The notes beneath the pieces were generated by a model. The model had not been told where the DNA came from, made no database searches, and worked only from the letters and a program-made list of their open reading frames with translations. A stretch of 64,000 bases of DNA, from contig OY282360.1 of the NCBI GenBank assembly GCA_958295675.1, positions 125,810 through 189,809 on the forward strand, in the 5' to 3' direction. Made by a program: the position numbers and the translations under genes. Every line of letters begins with the position of its first letter. The first letter of the stretch is position 1. The DNA comes from Minisyncoccota bacterium. GTDB lineage: Bacteria; Patescibacteriota; Minisyncoccia; Phycocordibacterales; JABAAK01. Positions 21,033-30,923 of this stretch are shown here, in pieces.

Positions 21033-21590
21033 ATGAAAGAGCATATAATTGAAGATACAGAAAAAGAAGAGCCGAAGTGGTATGTAGTAAAAGTGCATTC
21101 CGGTTTTGAACAACCGGTCAAGTTCAGCATTATGCAGGCCATAGAATCCATGGACCTGCAGGATAGAATATTTGAAGTGATCATACCGGTTGAAAAGCAG
21201 ATGCGCATCAAAGGAGGGAAGCGAACGGAGAAGAAGGAGCGCATCTATCCCGGTTATATTCTGGTGCACATGGTGATAGACGATCAAACTTGGTATGCAA
21301 TTAATAATATTGAGTATGTGTCCGGATTTCTCGGTTCCCGATCTCATGCTGAATCGTTATCACAAGAAGAGGTTGATACTATCAAAGATCGAATGTACAG
21401 TGGTACTGTGCACCATGAGACCGACTACAAGATAGGTGATTCAGTAAAAATAGTAGAAGGTCCGTTCGCTGATCTGGATGGAAAAGTCAGTGAGATTGAT
21501 GCCGGCAAAGGTCAGGCAGTTGTTCTTATCCCAATGTTCGGAAGGGAGACACCGGTGAAACTGGACCTTTTTCAGATACGAAGCGTATAA
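21033..21590 (+). CDS. nusG: Transcription termination/antitermination factor NusG
   Basis: WYVV..HSG.E, YPGYILV, GPF, MFGRETPV. Confidence 0.97.
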   Translation: MKEHIIEDTEKEEPKWYVVKVHSGFEQPVKFSIMQAIESMDLQDRIFEVIIPVEKQMRIKGGKRTEKKERIYPGYILVHMVIDDQTWYAINNIEYVSGFLGSRSHAESLSQEEVDTIKDRMYSGTVHHETDYKIGDSVKIVEGPFADLDGKVSEIDAGKGQAVVLIPMFGRETPVKLDLFQIRSV

Positions 21591-21596
21591 ATTACT

Positions 21597-22022
21597 ATGG
21601 CAAAACACATACAACAAGCAATTAAACTACAGATAGAAGCGGGGAAAGCGACACCCGCGCCGCCTATCGGCACAGTACTCGGTCCGGTCGGCATCAATAT
21701 CGGCGATTTCTGCACACAATTCAATGCGGCGACAAAAAATCAGCAAGGAGAAATTGTACCGGTAGTACTTAATGTCTATGATGACCGGTCGTTTGATTTT
21801 GTGCTCAAAACACCTCTGGCATCATTTCTGCTCCGCAAAGCTGCGGGAATCAACAAAGGGTCCGGTAAAAATCTCGTTAAAAAGGCGGGTAAGGTGACAG
21901 AGAAGGATATTCGGGCGATTGCCGAGCAAAAAATGGAGGATTTGAATGCTCGTGATATAGATGCGGCAATGCAGATAATTCGCGGCACAGCTCGTTCAAT
22001 GGGTATAGAGGTAAAATCTTGA
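21597..22022 (+). CDS. rplK: 50S ribosomal protein L11
   Basis: [18 protein letters not shown]. Confidence 0.98.
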   Translation: MAKHIQQAIKLQIEAGKATPAPPIGTVLGPVGINIGDFCTQFNAATKNQQGEIVPVVLNVYDDRSFDFVLKTPLASFLLRKAAGINKGSGKNLVKKAGKVTEKDIRAIAEQKMEDLNARDIDAAMQIIRGTARSMGIEVKS

Positions 22023-22034
22023 TGAATCTATGAT

Positions 22035-22517
22035 ATGGAATTTCTGTGCGGAGAAAAAGAGGTTGAAGCGGTGCGGTGGATGAATGCAGCGTGCATGACG
22101 GCGCGGCATGCATTGTGTAAACGGGCAAAATGCGGTGCGGTCATTGTAAACAATTCAGAAATAATCGGCAAAGGATATAATGCGCCGCCACTGGATAATA
22201 TAAAATGCTGCATGTGTTCGGAACATCTGCGACCGAATAAGCAGAAATATGACGCGACTTGCTGTATGCATGCGGAATGGCGCGCGATTATTGATGCCCT
22301 GAAGAACACAGCGGAAAAAATAAAGGGATCACGGCTATATTTTATAAGAATTGACGATAACGGCATGATTAAAAAATCAGAAAAACCATACTGCACGGTC
22401 TGCAGCCGTTTGGCACTTGATACCGGTATCGCTGAATTTCTATTGTGGCACGAGGACGGAATTTGTGCATACCCGACCGATGAATACAACAATCTCTCGT
22501 ATCAATTTACAGGATAA
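22035..22517 (+). CDS. Cytidine/dCMP deaminase-family Zn enzyme
   Basis: C.RAKCGAVIV..GYN, HAE, PYCTVC. Confidence 0.85.
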   Translation: MEFLCGEKEVEAVRWMNAACMTARHALCKRAKCGAVIVNNSEIIGKGYNAPPLDNIKCCMCSEHLRPNKQKYDATCCMHAEWRAIIDALKNTAEKIKGSRLYFIRIDDNGMIKKSEKPYCTVCSRLALDTGIAEFLLWHEDGICAYPTDEYNNLSYQFTG

Positions 22518-22521
22518 TCTT

Positions 22522-23124
22522 TCATTGTTCAGAGCAACCCTCTTTCTGAATGTATCGTTTTCCGATGGCGCGATTAGATAGAGTCAGGTTTAACTCGGGG
22601 ACACTGCATGCCATCCACGCGATGAATGTGTTACTGTTCGGTCCGAATGCGGAGTATTCTTTCTCGTACGGATAGCGCAGCGCCGCACGGTGTATATGTT
22701 CCACAATCGGTTCCGCTGTTTCTCCGGAGATAGTAACCAGTACGCGCGGCACCGCATCATACCATTTACGATCCGGGATATCATGTGCTATGCGCAGCGC
22801 GGAATCATGCCCGTCGGAAAGACGCCATCCTATGACCTCGTATACGGTATAGGTATCCGCATTTTTTTGTTTTGTCGCGATCCATATATGATCCGCGAAT
22901 AATCCGCGCCAGCCCCATAGTTCCGCGGCATACACCTGAACTACCGCATCCGGATACTGTTCCGGATCAGGCGCAATGCCGGCAGAACTGCGGGATGCGC
23001 TTGAAAAACCTGTGAAATCCCATATAACAAGAATTGTGAAGAAAATAAGCAGACAGAGTATGCAATACAGGACTGCTTTAAGAAACCGAACAAGAATATG
23101 TTGTGCGTGCCACGGCATATACAC
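22522..23124 (-). CDS. DUF3750-like membrane-anchored protein
   Basis: VVQVYAA..WGWRG.FA.H.WI, YEVIGW, GPNSNTF. Confidence 0.8.
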   Translation of the reverse strand: MYMPWHAQHILVRFLKAVLYCILCLLIFFTILVIWDFTGFSSASRSSAGIAPDPEQYPDAVVQVYAAELWGWRGLFADHIWIATKQKNADTYTVYEVIGWRLSDGHDSALRIAHDIPDRKWYDAVPRVLVTISGETAEPIVEHIHRAALRYPYEKEYSAFGPNSNTFIAWMACSVPELNLTLSNRAIGKRYIQKEGCSEQ

Positions 23125-23179
23125 ATACTATCACCCTCATCTTGCGTTTCCATAGAAAGCCGCGGTATACTTACAGCAT

Positions 23180-24322
23180 ATGAATAAAACAGCAATAAGT
23201 GTGGTGGGAATTATTATTATATTACTAATCGGGTGGTATGTGTTCGCGGAGAAAGGTATGATACCGGGCATGTCGGACGACAAGCCGATCACAATCGGTT
23301 TTATCGGTCCGCTGACAGGTGATGCAGTTAGTTATGGAGAACCGATAAGTAATTCCATTCGCCTCGCCGTTGATGAAGTGAACGAAGATGGCGGCATAAA
23401 CGGCAGAATGCTGGAAGTGGTGTATGAGGACGGTAAATGTACCGGGAAGGAGGCGGTGAATGCGGCCCAGAAGTTAGTCAATGTTGATAAGGTGAATGTT
23501 ATCATCGGCGGTGTTTGCAGCGGTGAGGCATTGGCAATTTTGCCGCTAACCGAACCGGCCAAGGTACTGGTACTCTCGCCGTCAGCGTCAAGTCCGGATT
23601 TGACGGGAGCTGGTGAGTATTTCTTCCGTAATAATCCGTCTGATGATAGTGGTGGCTCATTCCTGGCGGACATTGTGCTGAAAGATCACAAGAAAGTTGC
23701 AGTTATCTCGGAGAACACCGATTATGCACAGGCACTCAGGGGAGTATTCACCGAGAGTTTCACTGCCGGTGGCGGTGAGGTTGTTGCTGACGAGAGTTTC
23801 GCTCCGGAGACAAAAGATTTTCGCAGTATTCTGACCAAAGTGAAAGCGGCGGCACCTGATGCGATATTTATTAACCCGCAGACAGAAGATGCCGGCGGCA
23901 TCATTGGCAAACAGATAAAGGAACTGGATATTGAAGGACAGTTATATGGATCCAACATTCTTTCCGGCGCAAAAGCAGTTGAGATCGGCGGGGATAATAT
24001 TGAAGGGCTGCTGCTGTTTGATTCACCGGGACTGAATCCGAATAACAGAAAAGCTGCGGCGTTTTTGGATAATTATCAGGAACAGTATGGCGATCTGAGT
24101 ATAGAATTTTACCTTGGCGCGGCGTATGATGCTGTACATATACTTGCGAAAGGTATGAAAAAGGTCGGCACGGACAGCGATGCGTTGCGTGATTATATTG
24201 ATACCATGACCAGATATAGCGGTGTCATCGGTGCATACTCATTTGATGATAATGGTGATCTGACAGGCATTGATCATGTGCTGAAGAAAATTGAGGAAGG
24301 GAAGCCGGTTACAGTTGAATAG
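23180..24322 (+). CDS. livK: Branched-chain amino acid ABC transporter substrate-binding protein
   Basis: GPLTG, GGINGR, IIGGVCS, YFFR, YDAV. Confidence 0.9.
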   Translation: MNKTAISVVGIIIILLIGWYVFAEKGMIPGMSDDKPITIGFIGPLTGDAVSYGEPISNSIRLAVDEVNEDGGINGRMLEVVYEDGKCTGKEAVNAAQKLVNVDKVNVIIGGVCSGEALAILPLTEPAKVLVLSPSASSPDLTGAGEYFFRNNPSDDSGGSFLADIVLKDHKKVAVISENTDYAQALRGVFTESFTAGGGEVVADESFAPETKDFRSILTKVKAAAPDAIFINPQTEDAGGIIGKQIKELDIEGQLYGSNILSGAKAVEIGGDNIEGLLLFDSPGLNPNNRKAAAFLDNYQEQYGDLSIEFYLGAAYDAVHILAKGMKKVGTDSDALRDYIDTMTRYSGVIGAYSFDDNGDLTGIDHVLKKIEEGKPVTVE

Positions 24323-24374
24323 CCGGGATTTGATATGACGGTGAGCAGTTGCGAATATCTGTATACTATGCAGT

Positions 24375-25241
24375 ATGGATATTATTCCGCAAATTATTGC
24401 GAATAGCATTATTGCAGGGTCTGTTTACACGCTCATCGCGGTCAGTTTCAATCTCATCTACGGCGCGACAAAGTTTTTCAATATCACACACGGCGTGATG
24501 ACAGCGATTGGCGCGTATGCGGTCTTCTTTTTCGGCAAGCAAATGGGTTTGTCAGTGTGGGTGGCCGTGTTAATTGGTGTATTGATTGCCGGCATGATCG
24601 GGTGGCTTTTGGATAGATTCATTTACCGTCCGTTGCGGGAAAAGAAAGCATCACAGTTAGCACTGTTGGTTGCTTCACTTGGCGCGTTTACTGTATTACA
24701 GGCATTAATCGCCATTATCTTCACTTCGCGGTTTCAGACACTTACACATGGTGTCGGTGTGCAGAAGACATTTGAAATTGCCGGCGGTATTATTACGCAG
24801 ACACAGGTGTTGATTGTCATAGCCGCGCTTGTAGTGACAGCAGGTCTTATGTTCTTTTTGAAATGCACGCGTTTCGGTAAAGCGGTGCGCGCGGTGAGTG
24901 ATGACAACGAAGTTTCCAAGATTATCGGCATTAACACCGACAGAATAATCGGGATTATATTTTTTATCGGTTCTGCTATCGCGGGTCTCGCGGGTATTCT
25001 GGTCGGTTTTGACACTGCCATAGAGCCGACTATGGGTTTGGTGCTGCTCCTGAAAGGGGTGATTGCGGCGATTGTCGGCGGTATCGGAAGCATATACGGC
25101 GGCGCGATTGGCGCGCTCCTGCTTGGTTTCGTGGAGAATTTCGGCATTATAAAAATTGCCAGTGAATGGAAAGATGCCATAGCGTTCGGTCTGCTTATCC
25201 TATTTCTCATTTTCCGCCCCCGCGGCATTGTTCGCACATAG
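24375..25241 (+). CDS. livH: Branched-chain amino acid ABC permease
   Basis: TRFGKAVRAVSD, IVGGIGS, FRPRG. Confidence 0.92.
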   Translation: MDIIPQIIANSIIAGSVYTLIAVSFNLIYGATKFFNITHGVMTAIGAYAVFFFGKQMGLSVWVAVLIGVLIAGMIGWLLDRFIYRPLREKKASQLALLVASLGAFTVLQALIAIIFTSRFQTLTHGVGVQKTFEIAGGIITQTQVLIVIAALVVTAGLMFFLKCTRFGKAVRAVSDDNEVSKIIGINTDRIIGIIFFIGSAIAGLAGILVGFDTAIEPTMGLVLLLKGVIAAIVGGIGSIYGGAIGALLLGFVENFGIIKIASEWKDAIAFGLLILFLIFRPRGIVRT

Positions 25242-25244
25242 CGT

Positions 25245-26111
25245 ATGGAATACTTACTTCACCTCGCAATTTTATTTTCAATCTACGCGATACTCGGTCT
25301 CAGTTTGAATCTAATAGTCGGATACACAGGATTGCTATCCGTCACGCATGCCGCATTCTATGGCATCGGCGCGTATGCGACCGCCCTGCTCCTCATTAAG
25401 ACAGATATCGGTTTCTTGATGTCCGGTTTGATAGGCATTATTCTTGCCGCGATAATCGCTTTCCTCATCGGCATGGTACTGAGCAAATTTGACGGTGATT
25501 ATTATGCGCTTGGTTCAATGGGGTTTTGTATTATCGCATTTTCAGTGTTTTTGAACTGGCAAGATCTTACCAGAGGACCGCTCGGCCTCCCCGGCATACC
25601 GAAGCCGGAAATATTCGGCATTGAATTTTCTACAAGTGCGCTATTTGTCATTCTTGCGGCTGTTATTTTGATCGCTATTTATTTCGCCTGCCGATGTATC
25701 GCTAATTCCTCGTTTGGTAGAGTACTGAAAACAATTAGGGAAGATGAACAGGCGATACAGGTGTTCGGTTACAGCACATTGTATTTTAAATTAACAGTTT
25801 TTGTCATCAGCGCAATGATGGCCGCAGTTGCCGGCTCACTCTTCGCGGCGTATATAACATACATTGACCCGTCAACATTCACAATATTAGAATCCGTCTT
25901 TGTGCTTGCTATCGTCATACTGGGCGGACTGGCGAATCTGCGCGGTTCGCTCCTTGGCGCGTTGTTGCTCATAATGCTGCCGGAAATTCTTCGCTTTGTC
26001 GGTTTTCCCGGTGAGATTGCAGGGCAGATGCGTGAGCTGACCTACGGGGCTATGTTAATAGCGCTGATGCTATGGCGTCCGCAGGGACTTATCGGCGAAT
26101 ATAAATTATGA
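25245..26111 (+). CDS. livM: Branched-chain amino acid ABC permease
   Basis: GYTGLLS..HAAFYGIGAY, S.FGR.L..IRED, RPQGL. Confidence 0.92.
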   Translation: MEYLLHLAILFSIYAILGLSLNLIVGYTGLLSVTHAAFYGIGAYATALLLIKTDIGFLMSGLIGIILAAIIAFLIGMVLSKFDGDYYALGSMGFCIIAFSVFLNWQDLTRGPLGLPGIPKPEIFGIEFSTSALFVILAAVILIAIYFACRCIANSSFGRVLKTIREDEQAIQVFGYSTLYFKLTVFVISAMMAAVAGSLFAAYITYIDPSTFTILESVFVLAIVILGGLANLRGSLLGALLLIMLPEILRFVGFPGEIAGQMRELTYGAMLIALMLWRPQGLIGEYKL

Positions 26112-26842
26112 GTATACTTGAAACAAAAAAACTGACAAAACGGTTTGATGGTGTGGTTGCGATTAACGGTCTTTCCATTGGTATTGAGGCGGAAACTATT
26201 ACCGGCATTGTCGGTCCGAACGGTTCCGGTAAGACAACCCTAATTAATGTGCTCTCCGGTATGCTTCCTTTTGAGAATGGATCAGTGCGCGTGAACAATG
26301 CTGAGAATCTACGCGTTATACGACCGAGAAATATTCCGCTCTACGGCATAACGCGTACATTCCAGAATATCCGGCTATTTGAACAGATGACCGTGCTTGA
26401 TAACATTATGGTGGTACTGACAAAACGGAATGTGTTTTCCGCGCTTTTTGAGCGGCATACGGCGTATCGGCTGAAACAGGCGGAAGATGTGCTGCGCGCG
26501 GTCAATCTGTGGGAAAAAAGAAACGATCTTGCCATTAATCTGTCATACGGACAGAGAAAACTGCTGGAAATTGCTCGTGCATTGGCGATGCAATCGGATA
26601 TATTTCTACTGGATGAACCGTTCGCGGGTCTGTTCCCGGAAATGGTGAAAACCGTTTCAGGCATCATTAAAGACCTTAAAGATCATCGGAAGACAGTGGT
26701 GCTCATTGAACATAACATGAACCTTATTCGCGAATTGTGCGATCATGTTATTGTGATGGACGGCGGTGTTTTGTTGTCGCAGGGTGTCCCTGAACGGGTG
26801 CTTGCCGAGAAAAAAGTCATTGAGGCATATTTAGGAAAATGA
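26108..26842 (+). CDS. livG: Branched-chain amino acid ABC ATPase
   Basis: GPNGSGKTT, LSYGQRK, LLDEP, IEH. Confidence 0.92.
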   Translation: MSILETKKLTKRFDGVVAINGLSIGIEAETITGIVGPNGSGKTTLINVLSGMLPFENGSVRVNNAENLRVIRPRNIPLYGITRTFQNIRLFEQMTVLDNIMVVLTKRNVFSALFERHTAYRLKQAEDVLRAVNLWEKRNDLAINLSYGQRKLLEIARALAMQSDIFLLDEPFAGLFPEMVKTVSGIIKDLKDHRKTVVLIEHNMNLIRELCDHVIVMDGGVLLSQGVPERVLAEKKVIEAYLGK

Positions 26843-27567
26843 ATACGGATAAAGAAAAACTACTGCAACTGAAGGGAGTAAGCGTGCAATATGGCGGCGT
26901 ACATGCGCTTGACACTGTTAGTGTTTCGCTTGACGAAGGTGAAGTTGTCGCATTAATGGGACCGAACGGCGCGGGAAAATCAACAATTTTAAAAGCAATT
27001 TTCGGTCTTGCGCCGCTGCATACAGGCAGGGTGCTGTGGTACGAGCGGCCATTCACGCCGGTACCGCACGAGGTAGTGCGCAACGGTATCGCTTTCGTAC
27101 CGCAGGGCAGACGGGTATTCACGACACTGAGTGTTGAGGAAAATCTGGAAATTGGAGGATACGGTATACGCGATGAAAAGGAACTTAAAAAAAGGATTGA
27201 GAGTGTTATGGATATGTTTCCGGCACTGAAACAGAAGCGGAAAACCCTGTCCGGCACTCTCTCAGGAGGACAGCAGCAAATGCTTGCTATCGCCCGCGGT
27301 CTGATGATTGATCCGAAAGTACTGTTGCTGGACGAACCGTCGCTAGGTCTTGCGCCGAAAGTAGTGAAAGAAGTATTCAAAAAAATAGCGGAGATAAACA
27401 AAAATAGAAAGACAGCAATTATGATCGTTGAGCACAACATTCAGTCGTTGCTCTCTGTCGCACATCGCGGCTATGTACTGGACAAAGGAAGAATAGTCGC
27501 GGAAGACGAGGCAGAAAAACTGACATCAAGCGGCATATTAGAACGTGTGTTCACCGGACGGCTGTGA
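26839..27567 (+). CDS. livF: Branched-chain amino acid ABC ATPase
   Basis: GPNGAGKST, LSGGQQQM, LDEPSLGLAP. Confidence 0.93.
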   Translation: MNTDKEKLLQLKGVSVQYGGVHALDTVSVSLDEGEVVALMGPNGAGKSTILKAIFGLAPLHTGRVLWYERPFTPVPHEVVRNGIAFVPQGRRVFTTLSVEENLEIGGYGIRDEKELKKRIESVMDMFPALKQKRKTLSGTLSGGQQQMLAIARGLMIDPKVLLLDEPSLGLAPKVVKEVFKKIAEINKNRKTAIMIVEHNIQSLLSVAHRGYVLDKGRIVAEDEAEKLTSSGILERVFTGRL

Positions 27568-27621
27568 TTGAATAATACACAATTGTTTTTTCAGTGTTGA
27601 GGAACGGCATATACTGCGGGT

Positions 27622-28335
27622 ATGTATGCTCTCATTATAGCCGGAGGGAAAGGTGAACGACTACGACCATTTACTGATACCCTGCCGAAACCGATGATAC
27701 AACTGAACGGAAAGCCAATTCTTTGGCACCAGATACAATGGCTGCAAAGAGCGGGTGTGACGGATGTAATACTCCTAACCGGGTACCTTGCTGATGTCAT
27801 ACAAACATACTTCGGTGACGGCGCGGATTTTAATATGAATATCCGTTACAGTCACGAAGACACACCTCTGGGGCGCGGCGGTGCACTGCGAAAGGGACTG
27901 GCGATGTTGCCCAAGGACGAACGACAGGTGATTGTGACAAATGGCGACATCATAACTGACGCGGATGTAACGGCACTGATCAACATGCACAACACACGAT
28001 CAGAAATGAAAGCGAACCACTGTGTCACGGTGCTGACCGCGCCGATGAAGAGTCCGTACGGTATTGTTGACACAGACACGGACGGTGCGGTAAACGGCTT
28101 TCGGGAGAAAGCGATGCTGCCGTATACCATAAACGGCGGTGTCTATGTGCTGGAAAGAGATATTGAACACCTACTGCCTGAAATTGGTGACCATGAAACA
28201 GAGACATTTCCGGTATTAGCAACAGAAGGGCGAATGTCAGCGATGCTGCATGATAACTTTTGGCGCAGCGTGGATTCGCACAAGGATATGCGTGAAGCGG
28301 AGGAATTTGTCACGCGACAGAGAAGTGGCGCGTAA
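27622..28335 (+). CDS. NDP-sugar pyrophosphorylase / nucleotidyltransferase
   Basis: AGGKGERLRP.T...PKPM, NGD, INGGVY. Confidence 0.9.
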   Translation: MYALIIAGGKGERLRPFTDTLPKPMIQLNGKPILWHQIQWLQRAGVTDVILLTGYLADVIQTYFGDGADFNMNIRYSHEDTPLGRGGALRKGLAMLPKDERQVIVTNGDIITDADVTALINMHNTRSEMKANHCVTVLTAPMKSPYGIVDTDTDGAVNGFREKAMLPYTINGGVYVLERDIEHLLPEIGDHETETFPVLATEGRMSAMLHDNFWRSVDSHKDMREAEEFVTRQRSGA

Positions 28336-28340
28336 CACCG

Positions 28341-29261
28341 CTACAATGCCCGGGCATGCGCGAGAAAGGCGAGCGGATCAACCCATACGCCGCCGACTTT
28401 CATTGCAAGGTGCAGATGCGAACCGACAGTGAGTCCTGATTCACCGGCATCACCTATCCGCGCGTTCGCGGAGATTTGCTGACCTTCCGCGGCTGTCATA
28501 CGATCAAGATGACAATACACCGAAAAAACATCAAGACCGTGGTCAATAATGACAGTATTGCCGCAGAGATAGAGATTCCGTGCAAGCGCGACCGTGCCGT
28601 CGCCTATAGCGTAGACAGGATCGCCGACACCAAGACCGAAGTCCGTGCCGTTGTGTACTGACACAGTACCATTTTGATATATTCTTTGTTCACCATATGG
28701 TGAGGTTATGCGTTCGTACGGTGTGGAGGTGAACATGTTGAAATGAAACACATGCGATGAATTAGCATATATATCACGCAATATCGCTTTCTCCGACTGT
28801 ATTCTGCGCCGTTGCTCCGGAGTGAAAAACAAGTATTCCGGCGGAATGGCGAGGTGGGTGGTTGCAAATTTCCTGTCTGTAACAGCGATGCGCGCAATAG
28901 TTTTTTCGCCGAGAGTACATACAATGTCATCGGTCATATCGTACTGTGCGGCGACAAAAAACAAGATACCCGAGGCATGCGTGTGATACTTTGTCGGCGT
29001 GCTGTTACAAAGCAAGTCCGATTGATCATGTGTCGGATAGAAAATAGAGATTGTTTCTCCTTGTGAGATACTGCGTTCAACAACAGGTGCGTCAGCAATA
29101 ATTGCCTGCAGCGCTGCCTCTGATTCACGCGCTGCTTCTTCCGCGATCGCGGCATCGCGCCACAATCGTTGTGTTTCATAATAGTGCATGCCGCCGATGA
29201 TAACAGCAGCGCTGATACAGCATACAAAGACAAGTATAACTATACTGTGCGGAATGTGCAT
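28341..29261 (-). CDS. M23 family peptidoglycan endopeptidase
   Basis: HNGTDF, Y.HL, HLH motifs; N-terminal TM. Confidence 0.9.
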   Translation of the reverse strand: MHIPHSIVILVFVCCISAAVIIGGMHYYETQRLWRDAAIAEEAARESEAALQAIIADAPVVERSISQGETISIFYPTHDQSDLLCNSTPTKYHTHASGILFFVAAQYDMTDDIVCTLGEKTIARIAVTDRKFATTHLAIPPEYLFFTPEQRRRIQSEKAILRDIYANSSHVFHFNMFTSTPYERITSPYGEQRIYQNGTVSVHNGTDFGLGVGDPVYAIGDGTVALARNLYLCGNTVIIDHGLDVFSVYCHLDRMTAAEGQQISANARIGDAGESGLTVGSHLHLAMKVGGVWVDPLAFLAHARAL

Positions 29262-29302
29262 ATAAAAACATAGTACCCCGAAACAATACCTCAAGTGCGA
29301 TA

Positions 29303-29926
29303 CTATTCGGTGTGATAGCGGTATTCCAGGGGCTCTATGACCGGAGGTGCGGGACAGTCACCGAGGGTTGAGCAGAGTTCAGCCGGATCACCCCGTTCAG
29401 GACAGGATCCGGACTGAATGCACGCCTTATCGGTCACAGCATCCATTTCTTGTTTCAAAGTATCCTTATCCGGCGTGTTTGTCAGGAGTATCCGATCCAA
29501 ATCCTCAGGCATGTAGCTGTCAAACGGCTTATCATACTCCTTGTCATTCACGAACAAGCGAAGACCGTCAGCACGGCAGTGAATGTCGTCGTTCGCAAAA
29601 AGACAATTGTCATCAAGCGGCATGCCGAGTGAACGCAAAAACTTTGCGAATGTCTGCTGTTTTGCGTGGATGTGAAACACATCACCTTCGTTTTCATGAA
29701 GATGCAAAAACGCATGCCTGGCGATAGAATCATTTGATTGATATGCATCATCTGTCAAATCAATCCGCTCACCGTCAAGATATAGTGCAAAGTCAGCGTG
29801 AATATGCACTTCATTATAATGGTGCTGTTCATGGGAAGATTCAGAGAAGTACAGAACAAGCAGAATGACGACACACACAAGAAGAGCAACGGCGCACAGC
29901 ATTATCTTTTTTCCATCAGACATCAT
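29303..29926 (-). CDS. Membrane-anchored His/Cys-rich hypothetical protein
   Basis: HIHADF, HLH, HIH, DRILL, several Cys. Confidence 0.7.
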   Translation of the reverse strand: MMSDGKKIMLCAVALLVCVVILLVLYFSESSHEQHHYNEVHIHADFALYLDGERIDLTDDAYQSNDSIARHAFLHLHENEGDVFHIHAKQQTFAKFLRSLGMPLDDNCLFANDDIHCRADGLRLFVNDKEYDKPFDSYMPEDLDRILLTNTPDKDTLKQEMDAVTDKACIQSGSCPERGDPAELCSTLGDCPAPPVIEPLEYRYHTE

Positions 29927-30035
29927 GCAGAACAGTATACATAATAGTGGTTGAAAATAAAAGAGACATATTTATTTCATGGACTATAACATTGCACAAA
30001 AACCAGATAATCTTCGCGCAAAGCGATTAAAAAAA

Positions 30036-30068
30036 TCCCCCACCGAAGTTATAAACTTCGGTGGGGGA
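30036..30068 (-). terminator. TCCCCCACCGAAGTT-ATA-AACTTCGGTGGGGGA terminator (family copy 2)
   Basis: 15-bp perfect stem plus U7 on - strand, just downstream of 30097 ORF. Confidence 0.8.
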
Positions 30069-30096
30069 GGAGGTGTCGTCTGAGTCAGATCAGTTG

Positions 30097-30738
30097 CTAC
30101 GCGCCGACAACGACTTTCAAGTCGTTGTCGCGAGCAACCCGCAGCAGTTGACCGATGCCATTGACATCGACCAAACCGGCGGATCCAAGAACGGTCACCT
30201 CAGGATGATCTCCGGCGGTCACGAGCACCTGCAACGCATGCCGATCAGCAATGTTGCGTATGGCGGCATAGTCATGCTCGTTGAGAGGCGCCGCGATGAT
30301 GTTCCTGGCCATGAGCATAGGGACATCAAGTTCGGCTGCCAGATCGAGCAATTCGCTAAGGTCGCCGTTGGTCTGCGCTTCGGTATTGTCATGCGCCACC
30401 ACAACGACTTTCAAGTCGTTGTCGCGAGCAACCCGCAGCAGTTGACCGATGCCATTGACATCGACCAAACCGGCGGATCCAAGAACGGTCACCTCAGGAT
30501 GATCTCCGGCGGTCACGAGCACCTGCAACGCATGCCGATCAGCAATGTTGCGTATGGCGGCATAGTCATGCTCGTTGAGAGGCGCCGCGATGATGTTCCT
30601 GGCCATGAGCATAGGGACATCAAGTTCGGCTGCCAGATCGAGCAATTCGCTAAGGTCGCCGTTGGTCTGCGATTCTTCGGCCGCAAAAGCGACGGAACCG
30701 GCGAATGCCAGCGTGAAAATGGCAAGCAATTTGCCCAT
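30097..30738 (-). CDS. Secreted protein with two identical ~90-aa repeats
   Basis: Signal peptide MGKLLAIFTLAFAGSVAFA; AAGGAG SD; own terminator. Confidence 0.8.
   Translation of the reverse strand: MGKLLAIFTLAFAGSVAFAAEESQTNGDLSELLDLAAELDVPMLMARNIIAAPLNEHDYAAIRNIADRHALQVLVTAGDHPEVTVLGSAGLVDVNGIGQLLRVARDNDLKVVVVAHDNTEAQTNGDLSELLDLAAELDVPMLMARNIIAAPLNEHDYAAIRNIADRHALQVLVTAGDHPEVTVLGSAGLVDVNGIGQLLRVARDNDLKVVVGA
30107..30671. repeat. Exact 271-bp direct repeat, period 294 bp
   Basis: 30107..30377 is identical to 30401..30671. Confidence 0.95.
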
Positions 30739-30923
30739 GAGTGTTTCTCCTTGAAAGAGGGTTTTGAAAGACCAGTTTTAGGAAAGGAAGGTGAAAATAC
30801 GCCTAGCATGGCGGTCTTTTACACCATCCGTTTCCGACTACTAATAAATATAGCACGGGGGGGGATTTGTCAATGACTATATAATATAGTATGGCATGTT
30901 TCAAGAAAAAGACACTGAAAACA

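Noticed and set aside
30061-30876. 271-aa plus-strand ORF
   Set aside because: Antisense shadow; the minus-strand ORF has the signal peptide, SD, promoter and terminator.
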